IMG/VR virus record: IMGVR_UViG_3300032295_000393
Location: 1 to 51,779 of that record
Source: a virus
Taxonomy: Duplodnaviria; Caudoviricetes
Length of the DNA: 51,779 bases
Direction: 5' to 3' (one strand)
Below, one piece after another: positions 8,997-18,394 of this stretch; within the stretch, counting starts at the first letter, position 1; every line of letters starts with the position of its first letter. The notes under the pieces are model-generated. The model did no database searches. It saw nothing but the letters and a program-made list of their open reading frames with translations, and was not told where the DNA came from. Both the position numbers and the translations under genes were made by a program.

Positions 8997-9006
8997 GAGG
9001 TAGTCC

Positions 9007-9834
9007 ATGTCTCTCGGCTGGGGTGACGGTACATGGAGTAGCGGCCCTTGGGGTGGAGGGACGGTATATCCAACAGGGAATGAGGCGACTGGCTCTGTTG
9101 GATCAGTCTCGTCCAGTCTGACTGTTGCATTAAGTGGGGTATTGGCTTCTGGGAATGTTGGGGACGTTGCTGAGACAAACAACCCGACAGAAGATGGAAA
9201 TATTGCTTATGGAAACGTAGGCAATGTAGGAGGCTCTCTTGTAGTCGCCTTGTCTGGGGTTTCTGCATCTGGTTCTGTTGGCACTGTTGTCCACAGCAAA
9301 AATGTTGCACTGACTGGAGATTTGGCAAGCGGCGGTGTAGGCACGGTTTCTCGTGGAGCCACGCTACTGGCCTTGACGGGGGCGGCGGCTTCAGGATTTG
9401 CAGGGACGGTAACTCACGGCAAAGAAGTTGCGTTGACTGGTGATGAGGCGGCGGGTGCGGTTGGCACTGCTGTTTCCAGTAGGGCAATTGAATTGACCGG
9501 TGATGAGGCTTATGGCTATCCGGGCGGGGTAGTTGTTCCGATTAACAGCAATCAGGCTAATGGCTCGGTTGGCTCGGTTTCTTTTGAGGTGACTGTCAAC
9601 CTAACCGGCAATCAGTCAGGCGCTGTTGTGGGAACGGTTGGTAACGGAGCAAGAACATTTGCTTTAACAGGAAATCAAGCATCAGGGGCGGTAGGCTCTG
9701 TGGTTGCTGTTTATTGGAAGATCATAGATGACAATCAGACCGCAAACTGGCAAAATATCAATAACCCGCAGACTCCCAGTTGGTCATCCGTTGACGATGA
9801 TCAGACAGTTAATTGGGAAGAAGTAGCAACTTGA
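9007..9834 (+). CDS. Repeat-rich tail/fibre protein
   Basis: About 21-aa repeats VALTG..ASG.VGTV; Trp-containing termini. Confidence 0.65.
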   Translation: MSLGWGDGTWSSGPWGGGTVYPTGNEATGSVGSVSSSLTVALSGVLASGNVGDVAETNNPTEDGNIAYGNVGNVGGSLVVALSGVSASGSVGTVVHSKNVALTGDLASGGVGTVSRGATLLALTGAAASGFAGTVTHGKEVALTGDEAAGAVGTAVSSRAIELTGDEAYGYPGGVVVPINSNQANGSVGSVSFEVTVNLTGNQSGAVVGTVGNGARTFALTGNQASGAVGSVVAVYWKIIDDNQTANWQNINNPQTPSWSSVDDDQTVNWEEVAT

Positions 9835-9842
9835 GGTAAATC

Positions 9843-10673
9843 ATGGCAACAGCATATACATCACTTCTGGGTCTTGCGCTACCCGTCACTGGAGAACTCT
9901 CTGGGACTTGGGGTGACACCGTCAACAACTCCATCACTCAACTGACGGATGACTCTATCGCTGGCGTGGCAACACAGAGTGTTGCATCTGGGGACTGGAC
10001 ATTAACCACCACAGGCGGCGGGGCATCTAATCAGGCTCGAATGGCAATCTTAATTCCAACTGGCTCCCCCGGAGTTTTACGAAATATTATTGCCCCATCC
10101 AAAAGCAAGCTATATACGGTTGTCAATCAATCTGACAGTGAGGTTATTCTCAAGGGGGCGGCAACCACTGGCGCAATAATTCCATCAGGATCGTCAATTA
10201 TTTGCGCTTGGAATGGTTCTGACTTTGTGCAGGTAACAACTTTAAAAGTAACCACAGGCACAACCACACAACGCCCCGCAAGCCCTTCTGTGGGTATGTT
10301 GCGCTACAACACAACCACCAATCAGTTTGAAGGCTATAGCGGCTCATCTCCTGCTTGGACTTCGGTTGGCGGCGCAACAATCAGCAACGACACAAGCACC
10401 TCAACCAACGTCTATCCTTTGTTTGCAGGTGCAACAAGTGGCACGGCATTGACCATTTACACAGGCAACGCCAAGCTGTTGTACAAGCCAAGCACGGGCG
10501 AGTTGCAAGCAACAGTGCCTGTTGCGTTGAATGGCATTGTGGTAAACAGCCAAACGGTTGCAACAAGCTACACGATTGCGGCAGGGTATTCAGGAATGTC
10601 AGCGGGGCCAGTCACTGTGGCAAGTGGTCAAGCGGTGACAGTCAGTTCAGGTTCACGCTGGGTTATCCAGTAA
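9843..10673 (+). CDS. Tail fibre / baseplate-attachment protein
   Basis: GELSGTWGDTVN N-terminus; GTTTQRP...GMLRYNTTTNQFEGY fibre segment. Confidence 0.75.
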   Translation: MATAYTSLLGLALPVTGELSGTWGDTVNNSITQLTDDSIAGVATQSVASGDWTLTTTGGGASNQARMAILIPTGSPGVLRNIIAPSKSKLYTVVNQSDSEVILKGAATTGAIIPSGSSIICAWNGSDFVQVTTLKVTTGTTTQRPASPSVGMLRYNTTTNQFEGYSGSSPAWTSVGGATISNDTSTSTNVYPLFAGATSGTALTIYTGNAKLLYKPSTGELQATVPVALNGIVVNSQTVATSYTIAAGYSGMSAGPVTVASGQAVTVSSGSRWVIQ

Positions 10674-10683
10674 AGGAGAAATT

Positions 10684-11937
10684 ATGGCAAGCGTTGTTGT
10701 TAATGGAGATACAAGCGGGGCTGTAACGCTATCTGCTCCTGCGGTAGCGGGTACGGTGACTGTGACTTTGCCTGCCGCAAGCGGGACTATGCTGACTACA
10801 GCATCTTCGACAGGCATCAGCGGTAGCGCAATTTCTTCTGGTACTGTTGCCGAAGCTTATGGTGGCACTGGAACTTCAACTGGCTACTACGGCTTCAAGA
10901 ACCGCATCATCAATGGTGCGATGGTGATTGACCAAAGGAATGCGGGGGCGAGTGTTACGCCGACGAATGGACAATACCTTGTAGATAGATTTTATTATGG
11001 CGCATCACAAGCATCAAAATTTACAGCACAGCAAACACCATCTGCTACCGAAACAGGATTTGCAACCCGTGTAGCGGCTGGGTTTACAAATTACTTGGCT
11101 TTTACAGTTGCTTCTGCTGTATCTGTTGGTGCTAGTGACTTATTTTTCTTTTCGCAACCAATTGAAGGATTGAATGTAACTGATTTAGCTTGGGGTACTG
11201 CAAATGCTAAAACTGTAACGCTATCATTTTTAGCCTATAGCTCTCTTACTGGGACATTTGGTGGAGCGTTAACAAACAGCGCAGCAAATAGGTCTTACCC
11301 ATTTAGTTACACAATTTCAACTGCAAATACTTGGACTTCTATTTCGGTAACTATTGCTGGTGATACATCTGGGACTTGGTTAACAACAAATGGCGTTGGA
11401 ATTTATTTGCGTCTTGGTTTAGGTGCTGGTTCTAATTTTACAGCGGCATCAGGTGCATGGGGTGCTGGAAATATTATTCAGCCAAATTCAACAGTCTCAG
11501 TTGTTGGTACAGGTTCTGCTACTTTCTACATCACAGGCGTACAACTAGAAAAAGGCTCAACAGCAACATCATTTGATTACAGACCTTATGGGACTGAGTT
11601 GGCTTTGTGCTATCGCTATTACAGAAAATATTATGGTAGTAATGGTGGATACACAGCATTTGGTTCGGGTATATCCGTCAGTGCAACTTCAATTACTAGA
11701 TGGGGTTTTATGTTAGATGTACCAATGAGAGCAACACCTACGCCATCTTTTAATAGCGCTGTTGGATATAACGGCGTTGTGGGTGGAGGTATCACTGTTG
11801 GTACAAACTTTTCTTCAACAAATTATATTGATGCTGATTTAACTACTAGCGGGTTAACGGCAACAACAGGTCTAGCAGGAAAAGTTTTAGTAACAGGAAC
11901 AACTGGATTTTTAGAATTAACTGGAGCCGAGTTATGA
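10684..11937 (+). CDS. Tail fibre / receptor-binding protein
   Basis: FKNRIINGAMVIDQRN...GVQLEKGSTATSFDYRPYGTELALCYRYY carbohydrate-binding-like fibre module. Confidence 0.75.
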   Translation: MASVVVNGDTSGAVTLSAPAVAGTVTVTLPAASGTMLTTASSTGISGSAISSGTVAEAYGGTGTSTGYYGFKNRIINGAMVIDQRNAGASVTPTNGQYLVDRFYYGASQASKFTAQQTPSATETGFATRVAAGFTNYLAFTVASAVSVGASDLFFFSQPIEGLNVTDLAWGTANAKTVTLSFLAYSSLTGTFGGALTNSAANRSYPFSYTISTANTWTSISVTIAGDTSGTWLTTNGVGIYLRLGLGAGSNFTAASGAWGAGNIIQPNSTVSVVGTGSATFYITGVQLEKGSTATSFDYRPYGTELALCYRYYRKYYGSNGGYTAFGSGISVSATSITRWGFMLDVPMRATPTPSFNSAVGYNGVVGGGITVGTNFSSTNYIDADLTTSGLTATTGLAGKVLVTGTTGFLELTGAEL

Positions 11938-12122
11938 AAATCATTACAGCCAAACTTTGTAAAGACTTTTTTTCAAACGCAGTTATTTCTGTTTCTGTTG
12001 TTGATGAACTTGGCATAAGCCGAGGCATCCCTTTTGACCCTGCCAACACAGACTACCAAGCCTACCTAAAGTGGCTTGCAGAGGGCAACACACCACTTCC
12101 CGCAGATGAGGAGAACACATAA
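11934..12122 (+). CDS. Small tail-fibre-associated protein (putative chaperone)
   Basis: IPFDPANTDYQAYLKWLAEGNTPLPAD motif directly after the fibre gene. Confidence 0.7.
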   Translation: MKIITAKLCKDFFSNAVISVSVVDELGISRGIPFDPANTDYQAYLKWLAEGNTPLPADEENT

Positions 12123-12736
12123 TGGCTGTAACAATCAATGCCAGCACCACTGCTGGTCTAGTCCAGACTGCTGACACCAGCGGCGTGTTGGCGCTTCAAA
12201 CTGCGGGGACAACGGCGGTATCTATTTCATCAGGTCAGGTTGTTACGTTTGCACAAGCCCCTGTACTGCCTGCCGCATCTATTCCACAAGCCGCACTTGC
12301 CGCTAACGTGACTGGTAATGGCCCTGCGTTTCTTGCGTATGCCAGTGCTCTTACTGTAGCAAGCGGTGTTGCTACAAAAATACCATTTAGTAATGAGCAG
12401 TTTGACACAAACAACAACTACGACCCCACTACAAATTATAGGTTTACACCCACTGTTGCTGGTTATTACTGGTTTAAGGCTCAATTTTTTGCCAGTGTAG
12501 CTTCTGGCAGAGCTGGAATTCTTCTTTATAAAAATGGAGTTAATATAAACGGTTCGCTTGTGCCCGGTTCTGCGGCTGGTGGTGGTGTCGTTTACACGGG
12601 CGTAGCTATTGTGTCTATGAATGGCTCATCTGACTATGTTGAGGCTTATGCATATCAAGAAAGTGGCGGCAATACTAGTATAAATACTTCGGACAATTTA
12701 ACAAACTTCTGCGGATACATAGTAAGGAGCGCATGA
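12122..12736 (+). CDS. Short fibre protein with C1q-like beta-sandwich head
   Basis: GPAFLAY...FDTNNNYD...RFTPTVAGYY...MNGSSDYVEAY. Confidence 0.7.
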   Translation: MAVTINASTTAGLVQTADTSGVLALQTAGTTAVSISSGQVVTFAQAPVLPAASIPQAALAANVTGNGPAFLAYASALTVASGVATKIPFSNEQFDTNNNYDPTTNYRFTPTVAGYYWFKAQFFASVASGRAGILLYKNGVNINGSLVPGSAAGGGVVYTGVAIVSMNGSSDYVEAYAYQESGGNTSINTSDNLTNFCGYIVRSA

Positions 12737-12900
12737 TGACACTCTACGAAAAAATAATTTCTCTATACCCAGAACTTGCAACATACGATTTTATGAATGG
12801 TGCGATTTGTCTACAAAACGACAGCGATGGCAAAGGTGACTACATAGCCAAGTGGGAGCACCCAACATTGGCTAAACCTACAGAGGAGCAATTAGCATGA
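12733..12900 (+). CDS. XkdW-like small fibre-associated protein (not in ORF track)
   Basis: AAGGAG RBS; MMTLYEKIISLYPEL...LQNDSDGKGDYIAKWEHPTLAKPTEEQLA. Confidence 0.7.
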   Translation: MMTLYEKIISLYPELATYDFMNGAICLQNDSDGKGDYIAKWEHPTLAKPTEEQLA

Positions 12901-13547
12901 GTTTAATTCTTTCAGGCACAGACGGACTGTCCGATGTTGATGGTAGTGCCGCAACCCCTGCTATCAGGGGAGCAGATGCAAACACAGGTATCTTCTTTGG
13001 CACAGACATCATCGGGTTTAGCGAGGGTGGTGTCGAGGCTATGCGTATCAATGCAAGCGGCAATGTGGTGATGACTGGCACTCTAACAACAGCGGCACAA
13101 AGCATTGCCAAAGCATCTCTGCCAGCGGGTAGTGTGTTGCAGGTTGTACAGAGCTACACGGCAACTGGAACAACCACTACTTCTGGAAGTCCAGTTGACA
13201 CCGCCTTGTCTGCGTCCATTACACCAACAAGTGCCTCAAGCAAAATTTTGGTTTTGATGAATGGAAACGGATACACATCTAGACAGACTTCTATTAGTTA
13301 TGGGGATATGTATTTTTATATTGTGCGAGGGTCAACCCAATTGACTAGCTCCAGAAGTGCTATCAATTTTAATTACAACACTTGGACTGATTTTTTTCCC
13401 GCTCAAAATAGTTTTGTGTATTTAGATTCGCCAGCAACAACAAGCGCAACAACATACAAAATGCAAATTAGCATCAGCAATTCTCAATCGCTGACTGTTC
13501 CATTTCAGTCTTTTTTAACAATGACACTTTTGGAGATTGCGGCATGA
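12897..13547 (+). CDS. Short fibre / receptor-binding protein
   Basis: GSVLQVVQ...LSASITPTSASSKILV...YLDSPATTSATTYK...TLLEIAA. Confidence 0.7.
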   Translation: MSLILSGTDGLSDVDGSAATPAIRGADANTGIFFGTDIIGFSEGGVEAMRINASGNVVMTGTLTTAAQSIAKASLPAGSVLQVVQSYTATGTTTTSGSPVDTALSASITPTSASSKILVLMNGNGYTSRQTSISYGDMYFYIVRGSTQLTSSRSAINFNYNTWTDFFPAQNSFVYLDSPATTSATTYKMQISISNSQSLTVPFQSFLTMTLLEIAA

Positions 13548-13795
13548 TTAACCTACACCACGCTATCCTTGCAAGCAATCCTTCAGTTATAACTGTCCGA
13601 GGTGATATTGCATACGACCAAAACAACAATATTGTTGAGTACGATGTTGCTCAGGCTCAAGCCAAATTGATTGAAATGCAGGCAGAAATAGAAGCCGCAC
13701 AACAGGCGGCACAGTCAACTAAAGCATCTGCACTTGCAAAGCTGTCTGCACTTGGTCTGACTGCTGACGAAATCAAAGCGATAACAGGAGCCTAA
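13544..13795 (+). CDS. Small fibre-associated protein
   Basis: C-terminal KASALAKLSALGLTADEIKA; coupled to the fibre gene. Confidence 0.65.
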   Translation: MINLHHAILASNPSVITVRGDIAYDQNNNIVEYDVAQAQAKLIEMQAEIEAAQQAAQSTKASALAKLSALGLTADEIKAITGA

Positions 13796-13798
13796 ACC

Positions 13799-13942
13799 AT
13801 GAACGACATCAAACTCTCAACCAACTTGGTAAACGCCATCCTGCAATACCTTGGAACACGCCCATACACTGAAGTCTTTCAGGTCATAGAGGCTATTCAA
13901 AAGGAAGCGAAGGCCGCTTCTGAGCAACCTCCTGCGGAGTAA
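13799..13942 (+). CDS. Small hypothetical protein (47 aa, not in ORF track)
   Basis: AGGAG RBS; MNDIKLSTNLVNAILQYLGTRPYTEVFQVIEAIQ... Confidence 0.7.
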   Translation: MNDIKLSTNLVNAILQYLGTRPYTEVFQVIEAIQKEAKAASEQPPAE

Positions 13943-13944
13943 TC

Positions 13945-14640
13945 ATTGATCCAATCTCCATTCTCTTTGCCGCAAATGCTTGTGTCGCCGCCATCAAAGA
14001 AGGTTGTGAGTTATACAAGCAGGCTAAGACATCTTTCATGGAGGTCAAGGCAACGGTTGACGAGGCTATTGGAGTTGCACAGGAGGTATATGGCTTCTGG
14101 GGAAAATTGGCAAGAATGTTTGGCGGTGCGCCAGAGCCGACCCAAAGCAAGCCTGTGGCGAAAAAGAAGGAGAAGTATGTTGCCGTTGACGAAACTAAAG
14201 TCATGGCGGGTGTCGTAGAACAGCTTACCCAGTTTTTCAAACTACAGGAACAGCTTGCTACGCACATAAGGGAAGAGGAAGAAAAAAGCCGGAGCGTCTA
14301 TGACCCCGATGCAAACTTGATGGAGTCAGCCCTTAAGAGGGTCATGGCTCAAGATCAGATGGCAGAGCTGGAAAAGACGATTCGAGAGGTCATGGTGTAC
14401 CAATCTCCACCCGAAATGGGGGCGATGTATTCCAAAGTGTTTGAGATGCGAGACACCATCAAGGAGGAGCAGGAAGGCGCTAGACTGAAAGAAGAGGCGA
14501 AGGAAAGGTTTAAACAATGGCAACAGCGGGAGGCAAAAAGAAACTTCCAGCAAAAGTCAGTGTACCTAGTAGCGACTACTATATTCCTCCTTTACCTGTG
14601 GATGTGGCTCCTGTTCGTCAATCGCTTGGGGAAGACATAG
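13945..14640 (+). CDS. Coiled-coil protein with C-terminal TM helix at the head of the lysis cassette; probable ATT start
   Basis: GGAG then 5 nt then in-frame ATT-GAT-CCA-ATC (IDPISILFAANACVAAIK). No ATG, GTG or TTG occurs between the upstream stop and 14038. Confidence 0.6.
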   Translation: MDPISILFAANACVAAIKEGCELYKQAKTSFMEVKATVDEAIGVAQEVYGFWGKLARMFGGAPEPTQSKPVAKKKEKYVAVDETKVMAGVVEQLTQFFKLQEQLATHIREEEEKSRSVYDPDANLMESALKRVMAQDQMAELEKTIREVMVYQSPPEMGAMYSKVFEMRDTIKEEQEGARLKEEAKERFKQWQQREAKRNFQQKSVYLVATTIFLLYLWMWLLFVNRLGKT

Positions 14641-14804
14641 TGGGCTGGATTGCCGCTTGTGTGCTGGTCGCCCTGCTTCTTCCAATGCTTGGGATGTTGT
14701 ATCTTGATGTTTTGGAGGCGAAGCACGAGGCCAAGGTGCAATTGGAGAAGATTGAAAAATTAAGGCGTGAAGTCGAACGGCAAAAGCGGGAGAAGGAAAA
14801 ATGA
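14640..14804 (+). CDS. Small membrane protein (TM plus coiled coil), i-spanin-like
   Basis: GTG start overlapping the previous stop; GWIAACVLVALLLPMLGMLYL then a charged helix. Confidence 0.55.
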   Translation: MGWIAACVLVALLLPMLGMLYLDVLEAKHEAKVQLEKIEKLRREVERQKREKEK

Positions 14805-14983
14805 ATATTTTTGAAGTTTGGTTGCTTTCTGTCATGTTGATTCTTGTAACCGGCTGTGAAGACCGCTATCGTTACCCATGCCAAAACCCCAAGAATTGGG
14901 AAAATACCGAATGCAAGCCGCCAATATGCACCGCCGCTGGCACTTGTCCTGAGATGCTTGTTAAACCAGAGGAGAAGAAGTGA
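14801..14983 (+). CDS. Small Cys-rich lipoprotein
   Basis: Signal peptide with lipobox LVTG-C; four further Cys. Confidence 0.7.
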   Translation: MNIFEVWLLSVMLILVTGCEDRYRYPCQNPKNWENTECKPPICTAAGTCPEMLVKPEEKK

Positions 14984-15306
14984 TGCCTACCATTGGATAC
15001 AAACCTAACAGCCGCCTAAATTCTGACGAGATTGAGGTCAGGGTATGGGCATTCGTAATTGTGGTCTTGGTGACCATTCTTTTGGCCTCTATGGGTATGT
15101 TCCTGTACTCGGTTTCGTTTGTCACCCAACCCATGAATGGGCAGATGGCGGCAATTGACAGGGTATACACCCAGCAAATCAGCACCATCATGGTTTTTAT
15201 TACCGGGGTGCTTGGCGGTGTTGCTGGTCGCTCAGGAGTCAAGGCAATTGCCAACGCAAGCGCCAAGGCCGAAGCCACTGATAACGATGAGCCACCAAAG
15301 CCATGA
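14980..15306 (+). CDS. Putative holin (two TM helices)
   Basis: Two hydrophobic segments and a charged C-terminus; located upstream of spanin and endolysin. Confidence 0.55.
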   Translation: MMPTIGYKPNSRLNSDEIEVRVWAFVIVVLVTILLASMGMFLYSVSFVTQPMNGQMAAIDRVYTQQISTIMVFITGVLGGVAGRSGVKAIANASAKAEATDNDEPPKP

Positions 15307-15770
15307 GCCTGTTTAACCCTTGGGTGATCCTCGGCATCGTCACAGCGGTGCTGTCATCATTTGCCGGTGGCTACCTAAAGGGGTCAGGCGATGAAGAGGC
15401 CCGACAACAGATTGAGGTAGCCCGTTTAAACAATGAGGCAAGAGAAACCGAAAAGCGCATGGGTGAAGTTGCTCAAACCTATGCCGAGACTTTAAGGAAA
15501 GCAAACAATGTTGCACGGATTAAAGAAACTAAGCTTCGTACTGATCTTGCCTCTGGTGAGCGCAAGCTGTTCATTCCTGTCAAAGCCCCCGAGTGCGCCG
15601 TATCAGCCCCCACAGATACCGCCCCTGCCTCTGGAGATACAGAAGCAAGAGCCGAGCTTGACGGACGAGTTGCTCAAGCTCTTGTCGATCTCACCAGCCG
15701 AGGCGACCAAGCCATCCGCAACCTCAACACCTGCATCGACCAATACGAACAAATGAGGAGCTTCAAATGA
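15303..15770 (+). CDS. Rz: i-spanin (Rz-like)
   Basis: N-terminal TM, coiled coil, LASGERKLFIPV...AELD...GDQAIRNLNTC. Confidence 0.8.
   Translation: MSLFNPWVILGIVTAVLSSFAGGYLKGSGDEEARQQIEVARLNNEARETEKRMGEVAQTYAETLRKANNVARIKETKLRTDLASGERKLFIPVKAPECAVSAPTDTAPASGDTEARAELDGRVAQALVDLTSRGDQAIRNLNTCIDQYEQMRSFK
15508..15756 (+). CDS. Rz1: o-spanin (Rz1-like lipoprotein) fully embedded in Rz, +1 frame
   Basis: Basic N-terminus, hydrophobic core, lipobox SAS-C and a Pro-rich mature part; lambda-type nesting. Confidence 0.7.
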   Translation: MLHGLKKLSFVLILPLVSASCSFLSKPPSAPYQPPQIPPLPLEIQKQEPSLTDELLKLLSISPAEATKPSATSTPASTNTNK

Positions 15771-16231
15771 ACCTATCAACCAACTTCTCCCTGCATGAAC
15801 TCACAAAATCTGAGACTGCACTGCGTTTAAACATTGAGAACAATCCTGACGATCGACAGGTTGAAAGCCTTCGTCTCTTATGTGAGAGGGTTCTTCAGCC
15901 TGTGCGAGATCATTTTGGCAAGGGTGTCAAGGTGAACTCAGCATTCCGTGGGGTTGAGTTGAACCGTGCGGCAAATGGCTCTCCCACCTCAGACCATTGC
16001 AAAGGCATGGCGGCTGATATTGAGATCCCCGGTGTGCCAAATGCCGATCTTGCTCAGTGGATCATGGACAACTTGGATTACACACAGCTTATCCTTGAGT
16101 TCTACACACCCGGCATCCCTGACTCCGGCTGGGTTCATGTCTCCTATGACCCAAACAATCTCAAGAAGCAAGAGCTTACGGCTACCAAGATGGCGGGTAA
16201 AACAGTATATTTAAACGGTCTTGTTGCCTAA
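15767..16231 (+). CDS. Endolysin, peptidase M15A-type
   Basis: NFSLHELTKS...SAFR...LN...SDHCKGMAADI...WVHVS zinc ligands. Confidence 0.85.
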   Translation: MNLSTNFSLHELTKSETALRLNIENNPDDRQVESLRLLCERVLQPVRDHFGKGVKVNSAFRGVELNRAANGSPTSDHCKGMAADIEIPGVPNADLAQWIMDNLDYTQLILEFYTPGIPDSGWVHVSYDPNNLKKQELTATKMAGKTVYLNGLVA

Positions 16232-16240
16232 AGGTTAATC

Positions 16241-18091
16241 ATGGCGCTACAAAAACTTATTTATAAGCCCGGTTTAAACAGGGATCAAACCAACTACAGG
16301 GGCGAGGGTGGTTGGTATGAGTGCAACAAAATTAGGTTTTTGTCTGGCAATCCGCAAAAAATAGGCGGCTGGCTCAAATATTGCACCTCTCAACTTTTGG
16401 GTGTTTGCCGCCAAATGTTTAATTACGTCACCAGTTTTGACGACAATATTATGTTTCTTGGCACAAGCTCTCGTGTTTATGCGGAGGTTGGAACGATTCT
16501 GTACGACATAACCCCGCTGAGAGTAATTTTTGCGCCAGCCACAACAAACAATTGCCTGACAACAGGGGCGGTTGGTTCAAAAGTTATTACTTGTGTTATT
16601 GCTGGTCATGGCGCTGTGACGGGCGATGGAGTCACATTTGCTGGCGTTACAACCTTTGGCGGAATTCCTGCCTCAGAGCTAAATACAACACAAACAATTA
16701 CATACATTGATGCCAATACATTTAGCTTCACCGTAACAAGTGGCGCAACTTCAGCCAGCGTAACGGGCGGAGGAACGGCTATCTATGCAGGGTTTCAAAT
16801 CAACATTGGTAATCCAATTTCTATTACTGGATACGGCTGGGGTGCAGGCCCTTGGAGCCGCAAGGCATGGGGTCAGGGGGCGGCGGCTCCCGTTATCAAC
16901 CCTCAAAGAGATTGGTTTTTTGACAACATTGACAATGATGTGGTGATGAATATCCGTGGTGGAGCCATCTACTACTGGACATACAGCCAAACCGGTGGTG
17001 ACCCTAACTTCACGCCGCCTGTCGAGCTTCAATATATGCCAACAGCAAGTGATGCCCCAATTCAAGCAACCCAAATGCTGGTTTCTCAAAATCAAAAAAT
17101 TCTTCTGGCATTTGGCGCAAATGATTATGGATTAACCACCTTTAACCCATTGCTGATTCGCTGGTCAGATATTGACGATCCTTTTAACTGGACTCCAACA
17201 ATTGAAAATTCTGCTGGATTTCTTCAGTTGCCATCAGGCTCAAGGATTATTTGCGCCTTAAGAACAAGGCAGGAGATTTTGGTTTGGACTACATCAATTC
17301 TTTATTCGTTGCAGTTCACTGGAACAAATGACATATTTAGTCAGCAACAGCTTGCTGACAATATTTCCATTATCAGCCCAAGAGCCAAGGCGACAGCCAA
17401 CAACACAACCTATTGGATGGGGTTGGATAAGTTTTATATGTACAACGGTACAGTTACAACCCTGCCGACCTCTTTGCGAAACCATGTTTTTGGCAACTTA
17501 AACTACGAACAAGTAGATCAAATCATTTGCGGAACAAACGAGGGATGGAATGAGGTTTGGTGGTTTTATCCAAGCGCAGACGCAACAGAGAACGACAGTT
17601 ACGTTATTTGGAACCACGTTGATCTTATTTGGTATTACGGAACAATAAACCGAACCGCTTGGATCGACAGTCCTCTGCGTCAGTATCCACAGGCGGTTAG
17701 CTTTGATGGTTACTATTACAACCAAGAAGAAGGTTGCGATGATGACACCAACCCAATGAATTCGTTCATAACCTCAAATGATGTTGATTTGGATGATGGC
17801 GAGCGCCTGATGCTTATTAGAAGAATAATTCCAGACGTTGACTTTACCGGCTCAACTGCCGCAAGCCCAGAAGTTCTTATTACCATGAAGCCACGGAACT
17901 TCCCCGGAGGTGCGTACCAAAATGAGCCTGACGAGCCGGTTATTCAGACTGCTGTAGATCAATACACCAACCAAGTGTTTCTTCGTGCCCGTGCCAGACA
18001 AATGGGCTTCAAGATTGAGTCTGCAAATTTGGGTGTGAAATGGCAACTTGGCGCACCTCGCCTTGATGGCAGGCGAGACGGGACTCGCTGA
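16241..18091 (+). CDS. Tail nozzle / stabilisation protein (P22 gp10 or T7 gp12-like beta-propeller)
   Basis: 616 aa beta-rich with IRWSD, EVWWFYP and RTAWID; C-terminal RARARQ...WQLG.PRLD; precedes the ejection genes. Confidence 0.7.
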   Translation: MALQKLIYKPGLNRDQTNYRGEGGWYECNKIRFLSGNPQKIGGWLKYCTSQLLGVCRQMFNYVTSFDDNIMFLGTSSRVYAEVGTILYDITPLRVIFAPATTNNCLTTGAVGSKVITCVIAGHGAVTGDGVTFAGVTTFGGIPASELNTTQTITYIDANTFSFTVTSGATSASVTGGGTAIYAGFQINIGNPISITGYGWGAGPWSRKAWGQGAAAPVINPQRDWFFDNIDNDVVMNIRGGAIYYWTYSQTGGDPNFTPPVELQYMPTASDAPIQATQMLVSQNQKILLAFGANDYGLTTFNPLLIRWSDIDDPFNWTPTIENSAGFLQLPSGSRIICALRTRQEILVWTTSILYSLQFTGTNDIFSQQQLADNISIISPRAKATANNTTYWMGLDKFYMYNGTVTTLPTSLRNHVFGNLNYEQVDQIICGTNEGWNEVWWFYPSADATENDSYVIWNHVDLIWYYGTINRTAWIDSPLRQYPQAVSFDGYYYNQEEGCDDDTNPMNSFITSNDVDLDDGERLMLIRRIIPDVDFTGSTAASPEVLITMKPRNFPGGAYQNEPDEPVIQTAVDQYTNQVFLRARARQMGFKIESANLGVKWQLGAPRLDGRRDGTR

Positions 18092-18390
18092 TGGCACTCT
18101 TAAAGTTTACAGCGCCAACTCTTCCTAAGCCGTCAACGGCATACGATGTGAATTTTATGAACCAGCTTGTTCGTGTGCTGGGTAATTATTTCAGCCTCTT
18201 GGACTCAACGACCCCCATCCAAGTTGACTCAATCGTCTTGTCAAGGCTCCCAGTCACAGGCGCTAACCTACCCATTGGATCTGTTTACAAGGACGGTGAC
18301 GTTCTCATGATCGTTGTTGACTACAAGGCATATGCCGCAAGTTTTTCTGCCACCGTAGACCTCGGAAGCGTAACCGTCACAACGGTTTAA
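18091..18390 (+). CDS. Small tail-associated protein
   Basis: APTLP...YD..FMNQLVRVL..YF; coupled to the nozzle gene. Confidence 0.65.
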   Translation: MALLKFTAPTLPKPSTAYDVNFMNQLVRVLGNYFSLLDSTTPIQVDSIVLSRLPVTGANLPIGSVYKDGDVLMIVVDYKAYAASFSATVDLGSVTVTTV

Positions 18391-18394
18391 CCCT

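Noticed and set aside
10684-13547. Diversity-generating retroelement or invertase acting on tail fibres
   Set aside because: No reverse transcriptase, recombinase, TR/VR pair or inverted crossover sites were seen in the window
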